A model generated the notes under the pieces. It saw only the letters and a program-made list of their open reading frames with translations, made no database searches and was not told the DNA's origin. Shown here one piece after another: positions 40,436 through 53,400 of a stretch of 64,000 nucleotides of DNA. Position numbers and translations under genes: made by a program. Positions within the stretch are counted from its first letter, which is position 1. Every line of letters starts with the position of its first letter. The stretch is taken from the NCBI GenBank assembly GCA_951406725.2, contig OX597820.1, positions 100,998,001 through 101,062,000 of the forward strand, in the 5' to 3' direction. This stretch comes from Octopus vulgaris. Taxonomy: Eukaryota.

Positions 40436-41887
40436 GAAAAATTATATAATTGGGAAGAGTCAAAACTAACAAAGCCAGTGGTTGGTTGTCTATATTTCAC
40501 TTCTTTTTCCAAAGCCGTTATTCGTTTACATTCCCATAAATAGTTTTCAGGTGCATCCTTAGCTGTGTAGTAAGAAGATGGCTTCCCAACCACATGGTTC
40601 TGGGTTCAGTCCCACCACGTCTTCTACTACAGCCTTGGGCCGACGAAAGACTTGTGAGTGGATTTGATAGAAGGAAACTGAAAGAATACTGACGTGTATA
40701 TGTATGTATAAGTGTGTGTGTGTGTGTGTGTTTTTGTCCCCCATCACCGTTTCACATCTGGTGTTGGTGTGTTTACGTTCCCGTAACTTGGCAGTTTGAC
40801 AAGAGAGATCGATAGAATAAGTACCAGATTTTAAAAAATATAAGGACTGAGGTAGATTCACTCAGCTAAAAATTCTTGAAGGTCGTGCCCCAGCATGGCA
40901 GCAGTCTAATGACTGGAATGAGTAAAATGTGAAATTTTCTTCTGATCTTCCAAGAGTTTTGTAGAGTAGAGTTTGGTTGTGGCTGTATTATGATTGACAA
41001 GTTAAATAATCATGATTAGCAACAAACTTAGAAGAAAGAATTATCTTAGACAATGCTTATCAATAACTCCAAACATTTATACTTATACTCTTTACTCTTT
41101 TACTTGTTTCAGTCATGTGAATGTGGCCATGCTGGAGCACTGCCTTTAGTTGAGCAAATCGACCCCAGGACTTATTCTTTGTAAGCCTAGAACTTATTCT
41201 ATCAGTCTCTTTTGCCGAACCACTAAGTTACAGGGATGTAAACACACCAGCAACGGTTGTCAAGTGATGTTGGGGGGAGGGGACAAACACAAACACACAA
41301 ACATATACACACACATGCATATAAATACATATACACGACGGGCTTCTTTCAGTTTCAGTCTACCAAATCCACTCACAAGGCTTTGGTAGGCCTGAGGCTA
41401 TAATAGAAGAAACTTGCCCTAGGTGCCACGCAGTTGGACTGAACCCGGAACCACGTGGTTCGTAAGCAAGCTACTTACCACACAGCCATATATATTTGTA
41501 TTTCAGGATGGTCATTTTTTTTCTTCTTTTGCCAAATAAACACACGCACTATATATATTTTTTTCTTCACTCATTTATTACTGTTCTTATTTTATTTTAA
41601 CTCATGTCCATTGTCCAGAAATCTTTCGTCACTGAAGAGGTCACAGATGTGTGACAAAAGATTTCTGGACAATGGACACCAGCTAAAATAATAAAATAAG
41701 AACAGTAATAAATGAGAGAAGAAAAACATATATATATATAGTACATGTGTTTATTTGGCAAAAGAAAAAAAAATGACCATCCCAAAATAAAAACAATATC
41801 TGTTTCAACACATGATTTCACATCAGGAATCTCGCAAAACGAACTGATAAACATATATGTATGTGTATGTGTGTGTATATGTGCATG

Positions 41888-41941
<54 letters not shown>

Positions 41942-42111
41942 TACACACACACATTTAAAGCTTATAATTTGTTGTATGTATGTGTGTGAATCAAGAAATA
42001 ATGGAACAGCTTAATGATGAGTGCTGAGAGATTTCATATACACATAGGGCTGCTCCAGATTCCATAGTCTATTTCAGCTTCGTTTCTAAGGCTGGATACC
42101 CTTCCTGTGTG

Positions 42112-42156
<45 letters not shown>

Positions 42157-45100
42157 GCACCATCCGTCCGTGGCCGTTTGCCAGCTCCGTCTGGCACCTG
42201 TGCAGGTGGCATGTAAAAAGCACCCACTACACTCACGGAGTGGTTGGCGTTAGGAAGGGCATCCAGCTGTAGAATCACTGCCAGATCAGACTGGGCCTGA
42301 TGCAGCCTTCTGGCTTCACAGACCCCAGTTGAACCGTCCAACCCATGCTAGCATGGAAAGCGGACGCTAAATGATGATGATGATGATGATATATATATAC
42401 GAGGGGCTTCTTTCAGTTTCCATCTACCAAATTCACTCACAAGGCACTGGTCGGCCAGAGGTTATAGTAGAAGTGACTTGCTGCTCAAGGTGCATCGCAA
42501 TAGGACTGAACAGAGAACCATGGGGAAGTAATCTTATGGATAAAAGATTGATGATAAGACTCAAAGACCAAGAATCACTCATCAGCTGAAATGTAACCAC
42601 TTTTAATATAAAGAGAGGGATTTATTTGTATGAAAGGAAGTTTGCAAGAGGACTAATCAATGTCTTTATAGCAGAGAGAAGAAGTCTTTACTTCTAAGAA
42701 ATATTATTAAAAAACAATAAAGCCTCATCACACATAATCCAGTTAAATAACAAATCAAATGAAAAAAAAATAGTTCCCAGCATCATCAGATAATTTACCA
42801 GGTTTCATTCTTTCTTCTTTTTCATTTTTTGGCTAAGGTATTCAAAGATCTTCAGGAGAGTTAATAAGGTCAATAATATATAATACCCTGTGCCCTCTCT
42901 CCGAAAAATACACTTAACTCATAACCGCCAAAACTAGAGCACCAAGCTTACAAAGGTACAGTATACTGAGACATAATCCACACTACTGTCCTCAGTCACC
43001 TCAGTTTATTAGTATATGTGGTAACAGTGATGGTGGTGGTGGTGGTGGGACTACTACTACTATCACTGCCGCCACCTACCACCACTACAACTATACTGCA
43101 TCTATCTTAGCCAAATACTATGAATTAGTCTAATCATGTGTGACATTTTTTAACCATAAATCATTGATAAATAACACTGTAGGGAGTTTTAACACAGTAT
43201 CGAGAGATAGGTGAGAAACAAAAATAAAGTGTCACTCTAAGAATAAATAATCACACCATCAAAATTCCAAAGCTACATGACAATGCATGATTAATTCAAA
43301 ACAACAGCGTGAATAAATAAACATTACATCTGGGAGAGTATTTTGAATGTTAAAGGATTAAACAGCTACAGTATTGACAAACTGATAACTCATGATTATA
43401 CAAAACTCACCACAGATTTTTGCTATAGATTATTACCTGGTCTTTAAGTGCTAATCGTAAATTTTACCACTTCTAAAAAAAAAAAATCTTGAACTTCTTG
43501 ATTCTTTTGTAATGGTTAATCCTTATATAGCTCATTCGATTTGCTCTTAAACAATAATCAATGCATTTACAGGCTTAATTCACTGTAGCCAGTCTAACAG
43601 ATAATCTTGCTGTGCTGGACAAGGCTACTACACTTTGCATCTTTTAAATTCCCTGGTTTTCACTTCTGATTTATACATGCAGGTGTGGCTCTGTGGTTTA
43701 AGAAGCTTGCTTTCCAACCATATGGTCTCAGGTTCAATCCCACTGTGTGGCACTCTTGCCTCAGGTCAACCAAAGCCTGATAAGTAGATTTGGTAGATTG
43801 GTAGACAGAAACTGAAAGGCAGCGAGCTGATAGAAAAGTTAGCGTGCAGGGCGGAATGCTTAGTGGTATTTCATCTGCCATTACGTTCTGAGTTCAAATT
43901 CCATCGAGGTCGACTTTGCCTTTCATCCTTTAGGGGTCGATAAATAAAGTACCAGTTACGCACTGGGGTTAATGTAATCGACTTAATCCCTTTGTCTGTC
44001 CTTGTTTGTCCCCTCTGTGTTTAGCCCCTTGTGGGTAATAAAGAAATAAGAAACTGAAAGAAACCCATCGTGTGTGTGTGTGTGTGTGCATGTATGTGTG
44101 TGCATGTATGTGTGTGCATGTATGTGTGTGTGTGTGTGTGTGCATGTATGTCTGTCTGTGTGTGTTTATGGGTACCCTTGTTTTAATATCATGTGATGGT
44201 TGTAAACAAACATCACTGTCATACAAACAAGGTTGTTTATTTCCAGTCTTCTGTGATAACACTGTCTGACTATAGCATGGCAAAATATTACCTTGCTTGA
44301 AAACAGGTGAGTGTTGGTGAAAGGAAAGGCATCCAGCCGTACAAAATCCCTCTCCAAAAAGTCTGAGTGACCCATGAAAGCATGGAAAAGTGTATTTAAA
44401 ACAATCCAATTTTATCAATTAAAAAAAATATATATTTTTCTATATAAATAAGATGAGAGATCATTTGCTGACCACCGGCTCAAATTGGTATTCTTCAATA
44501 ATATTAATTTCTACCCTTATTTTTTAATTTATTTTCTAGTTTTATTAAAATGACACATATCCTCTAGTTAGGGTAAAATGAAGCAAGTACAATTAATTGC
44601 CAGGTACAAAAGACGCAAAACAATACACCAATAGTGGAAGCAAACAAGAGAGTCCTTGTCTGGTCACTTACTCTGTTAGAAATAGCACCCAAATCTCCTT
44701 CAGTCCATAGTCTTCATAAAGGGGACATATTGGGTAATTTTGTTGTAGGTGACATATTGGATAATCATGTTATTGGATAATCTTGATGTAGGTCACAGCT
44801 AGAACACTTTGATCAATGTAATCTGGGCTAATCTATGGCTAAACACCACCATCTACAACAGAGTATGAACTCATAACACAAGGGTCAATTGTTTCATACA
44901 TTCTCAACTCAACCCTCTCTCTCTTTACTCTTTTACTTGTTTCAGTCATTTGACTGCGGCCATGCTGGAGTACCGCCTTAAGTCGAGCAAATCAACCCCG
45001 GGACTTATTCTTTGTAAGCCCAGTACTTATTCTATCAGTCTCTTTTTCCGAACCACTAAGTGACGGGGACATAAACACACCAGCATCGGTTGTCAAGCAA

Positions 45101-47875
45101 TGCTAGGGGGACAAACACAGACACACAAACACGCACACACACACACATATATATACATATATACGACAGGCTTCTTTCAGTTTCTGTCTACCAAATCCAC
45201 TCACAAGGCATTGGTCGGCCCGGGACTATAGCAGAAGACACTTGCCCAAGATGCCACGCAGTGGGACTGAACCCGGAACCATGTGGTTGGTTAGCAAGCT
45301 ACTTACCACACAGCCGCTTCTGCGCCTATACACATAACTACTTCGCCTGTATACACATAGCCTTAATTTTAGACCACAATTTTCTTCTTCACACCATCAC
45401 TTAAGTGCTTTTCTTCTACATTCGGTTTGGTCCCAAAAGTAACAAGATAGACCTAACTAGTTCGTACCAAGTTTACATGTCAACAGGATTTGGTATCTTT
45501 CATCTTTTACTTGTTTCGGTCACTGGACTGCAAACATACTGGGGCATCACTTTGAACGGTTAGAGGACATAAACAAACCAATATCAGTTGTCATGTAGTC
45601 GGTGAGGGACAACACAAACACATATACACACACACACACACACAATAAGCTTCTTTTCAGTTTCTATCTACCAAATCTATTCACAAGGTTTTGATCAGCC
45701 CGGGGCTATAGTTGAAAGCATTTGCCCAAGTTGGCACACAGTAAGACTGAACTTGGAACCATGTGGTTGGGAAGTAAAGTACTTACCACACAGCCACACC
45801 TGTATCGCTGAAAAAAACCCCAGCCAATTTGAACAAAAATCACTGTCTTAGTTGGTATCAGAATTAGGCCAGTTAGAATGCTAAAAACATGAAATTGAGA
45901 AAGAAGAAATTTATTCACCATTGGAAATCTTCTTCACCTAAATGAAGAGTGTAGAGAAAGAACAAGTCTTTCTCATCTGTTAGCCGAATCACCAGTTCCT
46001 GAAACAAAAAGGGGAAAAAAAAAAGATAAAATACATTAATTCTTTTGTTACGAAATTTCTTAAAACCCCAACAGTAATTTTATATAAGGTGCACCACTAT
46101 GATTTTGTAAAATTAAAGATTCAGTTTTATTTGGGGTTTTTTAGCTCAGAAACGTCTCCCATAGGTTCTTGTGTATTTGCATTTCACCCCTGATATTAAA
46201 ATATTTCTCTAATGCTACTTTACAGTAATATATTGGAGTTTATTCAATCAACAGAAGTCCTTCCTTACAAAAATCAAAAAATCAAAAAATTCACAATGTG
46301 TGATCACAAAATTAAAAACATAGTTTATAGCTATTCTCTGCAGATCTACCACCCTGTAACAACATATGGAGTCATCAGGTGTATTGACTGCTAAAACGGA
46401 AACAAAAGCCACAAATTTTGGATGGATTTCACAATTACATATTTTATCTAACTCGGACAGATGAAAAACAAAGGCAGCCTTGGCATGATTTGAACTCATA
46501 TAGAAGGAATTAAATAAGATATGTAGGATATTTTGTCCAGTGCTGAACTGATTCTGCCAATCATCAGCTTCATACCATGTTTAAGCCTTTCAATACCAAC
46601 TCTGCCCCTGGTTCAAAGATACAAACTTCTTGCTTTAAAGGGAACTAAATTAAAACCTGCCATCAAATTTTCATGTTAATTTATGCTCCAACATCAGCTT
46701 AATAATCACAAATTTGTTTTGCTAAAAGTACCAAGCTATCTGGCACTTTGCTGTACTCAGGAAGATCTGTCCTCCACAGGAGAAGTACTAATGCTGCTCC
46801 ACCTGCTAAAGAGGATTGGTCTGCAAGAGCCCTGTGCTGGTGCCACATAAAAAGCACCCATGCTGGTACCATGTAAAAGCACTCATGCCAGTGCCACATA
46901 AAAAGTACCCAATGCACTCTGTAATGTGGTTGGTATTAGAAAGGACATCCAGCTGTAGAAACCAAGCCAACTCAGACTTGAACCTGGTGCAGCTCGCCTG
47001 CTTGCCAGCTCTGGTCAAACTATCCAACTCATTCCAGCAAAGAAACGGACCTTAAAGGATGATGATGATGATGATGATGTTATTATTTCAAAATAAACTA
47101 AAACAAATGCAGAGTATTTCAACAGAAGTATGGTAACAAAAGGATTAATAACAAACATACAATGGAGATGAATCATTTCAAAAAATTCGTTATTAAACTT
47201 AATACTTATTTCAATCATCGTAAGCGTTACTTTTCTTTATATAGATTATATAGATCTAAAGTCCTATAACTAAAACTAATACAAATAAGCATTGATAACG
47301 ATTTTTTTCTTTTTTTTTTTCTGCACCCAATTACATCCAAAGAGAACTCATTTTTCAGAGAAACAGGAAAAAGAAAAGAATCATTGACTTAAAACTGAAT
47401 AAATGCAATGCTCTAACAAGAATTATGATTTATCATCAAAGAAAATGCAAATATAAAAAAAAATTATTAATTTACCTTTTTCTGGATAGGATCTGTCACA
47501 TGGTTCATTTCAATCTTGAAATGAAGATAGACTTTCCTGAGATAAAAAGTGAATATCGTATCATTTTATACCCAAATAGTTTAAGAAATATTCAGTAAAT
47601 ACACTGAATATTTTAAACATATTTAAGATGTTTGAATAACAATTTGAATATATATAATACAAAAATTATCTCGAAACTTAATGGATTTTCCCCAAAATTA
47701 TTAGTCTTTTTATTTATTCGGAGAATAGTGAGGAATTGCATGAATGTGTAGAGAATCACACAAAATGATTTGTGATATTAGATGAAAGCATGGTCATGGG
47801 ATTAAGTTCGCTACCCATTCACATAGTCCCATTGCATAGCATGTTGGGCAAGTGTCTCGCACTGAAAGACGCTTG

Positions 47876-47926
<51 letters not shown>

Positions 47927-50407
47927 CCGGAGTAAATACATAAATGTGAAACAAGGTGGAAAAAAGAGTACTCAAATACCAGAGTAATATGCTTTATTTA
48001 AAACAGCAGAAAATTCAACAAAACCTGTTATTCTGAGTTTCAGGTTGCCGTTCATTGAACAGTTTTTGCTAGCAAAAACTGTCCGATGAACGGCAACGTG
48101 AAACTCAGAATAACAGGTTTTGTTGAATTTTCTGCTGCTTTAAATAAAGTATATATATATATATATATATATATATAAGACCCATCAATTCAAGTAAAAT
48201 CGCATTTGTGGCAGAAACTGGTGTCACACAAATGGCACCTGTGTCGGTGGCACATAAAAGCACCCATTACACTCTCAGAGTGGTTGGCATTAGGAAGGGC
48301 ATCCACCCATAGAAACCATGTCAAATCAGACTGGAGTCTGATGCAGCCTTCCAGCTTGCCAACTCTGGTCAAACTGTCCAACTCATATGGACAATGGATG
48401 TTAAATGATGATGATGATGATATATATTTGATTAATGAGAGAGACGGAATATGGAAGATACAAGAATCTTTATTGATCACTACAATTGTTTCAACCCATC
48501 TGAGCTAGTGAAGATGTTTTACCAACAAACTATCAGGTGTATACCATACGATTTATTAACTAAGTTGATAGCTTCTATTACCTAGGTGAACAAGTCAGTA
48601 GCAGGGGTGGGTGCTCTGAAAGTGTAGCTGCTAGAATAAGAATAGCCTGGGCAAAGTTCAGGGAGCTCCTACCTCTGCTGGTGACAAAGGGCCTCTTGCT
48701 CAGAGTAAAAGGTAGACTGAATGACGCATGTGTACAAACAGCCATGCTACATGGCAGTGAAACATGGGCCATGACTGCTGAGGACATGCGTAAGGTCGCA
48801 AGGAATGAAGCCAGTATGCTCCACTGGATGTGTAATGTCAGTGTGCATACTTGACTGAGAGTAAGTACCTTAAGAGAAAAGTTAGACCTAAGAAGCATTA
48901 GATGTGATGTGCAAGAGAGACAACTGTGCTGGTATGGTCATGTGGTGAGAATGGATGAAGATATCTGGGTGAAAAAGTGTCACACCCTAGCAGTTGAGGG
49001 AACCTGTGGAAGAGGTAGACCCAAGAAGACTGGGATGAGGTGGTGAAGCACGACCTTCGAACATTAGGCCTCACCAAAACAATGACTAGTGACCAAGACC
49101 TTTGGAAATATGCTGTGCTTGAGAAGACCTGGCAAGCCAAGTGAGACCATAGCCCATGGCCTATGCCAGTGGTGTAACCAGCCCACTTATGCGTACCTTT
49201 CCTTCATTGGACACTAAACTCTGCTTGCAAAGACCTGCTGAGGCAAGTGAAATCGAAATCAAATTCGATGACAGCATCGCATGACTGGCATCTGTGCTAG
49301 TGGAGCGCTAAGAGCACCATCTGAGCATGACCGTTGCCAGGGTCGCTGACTGGCCCCCATGCTGGTGGCACGTAAAAAGTACTATTCGAGTGTGATCGTT
49401 ACCAGCATCACTTGTGCCGGTGGCACATGGAAAACAACATTCAAGCAAGGTCATTGCCAGTGCCGCTGGACTGGCTCCTGTGCAGGTGACACATAAACAC
49501 CATTTGAGCATGGCCATTGCCAGTATCGCCTGACTGGCCCTCGTGAAACATATGTAGCCCGGATCTGATCTAATGCCAACCACTCCGAGAGTGTAGTGGG
49601 TGCTTTTTACGTGCCACCGGCACGGGGGCCAGTCAGGCGGTACTGGCAACGACCTTGCTCAAATCTTTTTACACGTGCCACCAGCACTTAATAAATGCTT
49701 TATTATTTTTAAAATGAACTGAAATAAACAAAGTGTATTTCAATAGAAATATGGTAACAAATGGGTTATGCTAGGGGTCATGATTCAACCAGATCTATCA
49801 GCACAATACCAGAGTAGATTTGATATGACTGAATGCAAAATGCAAACAATACTTTATCATCACTATCATCATACAAAATACATTTTATGAGTAATATTAT
49901 AAATATACAATAGAAAAACCAGAGTATTAGTAATATCTTGAACAAAAGGATAAGAGAAGGATCCAGTAGCAAGAACTGTTCACAAGGAAACTAGAGAACT
50001 GACAGCCTGCACAGTGAGATCACAGAAATAAGTGGCTGATGATTAATGAATGGAAATCTTGGATTAAAGTAGGTACTAAAATTGTACACAAGTGAACATA
50101 ATTAGCTAAGCAAATCAAAACTTAATCAACCAGCATGATACAACATGAAAAGATGGTGACTGCAACATCACTCCATTCATATTCTATATTCTTGAAACAA
50201 ATTGCATACATGAAGTGCACAAGCCTAACTGTGTGCAAGTGCAGGCATGGTTTTGTGGTTAAGAAGTTCACTTCCAAACCTTGTAGTTTCAGGTTCGGTC
50301 CCACTGTGCAGCACCTCAAGCAAGCGTCTTCTATGAGAGCTTCAGGCTGACCAAAGCTTTATGAGTGCATTTGGTAGATGGAGACTAAAACAGAAGTTCA
50401 TCATACA

Positions 50408-50439
<32 letters not shown>

Positions 50440-53400
50440 TAGTGTTGGAGGTTCCATGTATTTGTTTACATCAGAGATCACTCATTCATAAGTCATGATA
50501 TTTATGTAGTGTTCCTGTTCACATTTCTCATATCATAAATTGCATTCTCGCTTCATGCTTTGAAACTCTGCAGAATAAGAGATCCTTTACTTGAACATGG
50601 GCATCCAACTGTAAAACCAATGCCTCAATAACATACCATCTAACCCATGCCAGCATTGAAAAATAGACATAAAAAGAAATGAAATAAACAAAGTGACCTC
50701 ACAGTAAAACTAAAATTATTATTTCCAGAAGATAGTAGTTAAAAAAAAGATACTGAAATAGAATAAGGTAAACTTTATAACAAGGCAAATTTGAATATCA
50801 TTATCTTCTTATTATATATAAATGCTAAGGCTGTGAGCTGGCAGAAACATTAGCACATCGGGCGAAATGCTTAGTGGTATTTCATCTGTTTTCACATTCT
50901 GAGTTCAAATTCCGCCAGGGTCGACTTTGCCTTTCATCCTTTTGGGGTCGATAAATTAAGTACCAGTTGTATACTGGAGTTGATCTAATCAACTGGGCCC
51001 CCTCCCCAAAAATTTCAGGCCTTGTGCCAAGAGTAGAAAAGAATATATATAAATGCTAATCTAAATATGTCCGAAGTTGCTGGTCATCATAATTTCATTG
51101 TCCAATTTCCCATGCTTGCATGGGTCTGATGGAGTTTATTGAAATAGATTTTTCTATGGCCAGATGCCCTTCCTGTCACCAACCGTCACCTGTTTTAAAG
51201 CAAGGTCCATAATTTCTCATGGTTGGATGTTTTCACAGATCACTGGAAATGAATGATACCGCTTGTATGACAGTGACAATCATTTTACAACTAGCAAGAT
51301 ATGTCAAGACAACAAAACAAAACGTACAGACTCAAACAGACTCACACATACCATTCCCTTCTTCTTACGGGCCTTAAAATGTTACTCAACTTCTCATTAC
51401 ACATTGTTAGTTCTCTTTCAGTGGCTGTGTGGTAAGTAGCTTGCTTACCAACCACATGGTTCCGGGTTCATTCCCACTGCGTGGCACCTTGGGCAAATGT
51501 TTACTACTAGAGCCTCAGGCCAACCAAAGCCTTGTGAGTGGATTTGGTGGACAGAAACTGAAAGAAGCCCATCGTATATATGTATATATATATATATATG
51601 TGTGTATATGTATGTGTGTGTATATGTTTGTGTGTCTGCGTTTGTCTCCCCACCCCAACATCGCTTGACAACCGATGGTGGTGTGTTTACATCCTCATAA
51701 CTTAGCAGTTCAGCAAAAGACCGATAGAATAAGTACTAGGCTTCCAAAGAATAAGTCCTGGGGTCGATTTGCTCAACTAAAGGCGGTGCTCCAGCATGGC
51801 CGCAGTCAAATGACTGAAACAATATGTATATACACACACACACAAGCTTCTTTCAGTTTCCATCTACTAACCTACTCACAAGACTTTGGTTGGCCTGGGG
51901 CTGTAGTGGAAGACACTTGCCCAAGGTGCCATGCAATGGGACTGAACCTGGAACCATGTGGTTGGGAAGCAAACTTCTTAATACACTGCTGCTGGCATAA
52001 AATAACTGTTTAGGCAACAGTATGTTTGTACAAGCACTTTAAAGTAGTGATACGGCCCCAGTGAACTCAGTGTGTGTGTTACATGACTGACTCTCTACTG
52101 AGCCATATCATTTCCAGCTGTGAAACCAATAATCTGGAAAAGAGCTGCAGCTACATCATGCTGACTTGTACTAGACACACTGCTTGAAAACTAAGGAACA
52201 AGGTAACAACAACAACACTTATTTACAAGAGACATTCATACATACATGATGATGATGATGATTTATACATACATCATAAATAGTGTCAAAAATGTTAGAT
52301 ACTTAAAACTATCTGGTCGTGCATTAGCATAGTTCACTAAAGCATGGAAAGAAAAAAACATCATCATAATCATCATTGTTTTAATGTCCACCTTCCTATG
52401 TTTCCATGGGTCATACAGAGTTTGTTAAGGTAGATTTTTCTTATTTCTTTACTGCCCACAAGGGGCTAAACACAGAGGGGACAAACAAGGACAGACAAAC
52501 GGATTAAGTCAATTGTATTGCCCCCAGTGCGTAACTGGTACTTATTTAATCGACCCCGAAAAGATGAAAGGCAAAGTCGACCTCAGCAGAATTTGAACAC
52601 AGAACGTAGTGGCAGACGAAATACCTATTTCTTTACTACTGACAAGGGGCTAAACACAGAGAGGACAAACAAGGACAGACAAACGGATTAAGTCGATTAC
52701 ATATCGACCCCAGTGCGTAACTGGTACTTATTTAATCGATCCTGAAAGGATGAAAGGCAAAGTCAACCCCAGCGGAATTTGAACACAGAACGTAGTGGCA
52801 GACGAAATACCTATTTCTTTACTATCGACAAGGGGCTACAAAGAGAGGGGACAAACAAGGACAGACAAACGGATTAAGTCGATTGTATTGACACCAGTGC
52901 GTAACTGGTACCTATTTAATCGATCCTGAAAGACCATAACTACCTACCTGAAATACACCAGCAGATTATCATAGCAGTGTGGCTTTGAAGATGGGGCAAT
53001 GACTGAATACAATATGACCTAAGAGAAGGAGCGAAACAAAGAGACCCAGTTTGCATACAATAAAAGGAACAAGATGATGGCAAACAGTGAATTGGAGTGA
53101 TACGTAGTACAGGAGATAAGAATGAAGGTTGAGTCTACTGGAAAGAGGTTTTTGGGACAATGCAGAACAATTCTGAGATTCATAGAGAATTTTTGAAACT
53201 TTTTGGTATTTTCTGTATTACCCTAAACACTTCAACAATTTTTTGAAGTTTATGTAAGCTTTTAAAATCTTCATTTTCTCCTAACTTATTCATAAGAACT
53301 TTTGACTTCTTATAATTTAGCCAAGTGACCCTTGTTTTATTCAGATACAATACTTCACCCTCCTCTTTCACCTTCCTAACCTCTCCTACTAATAGCATTA

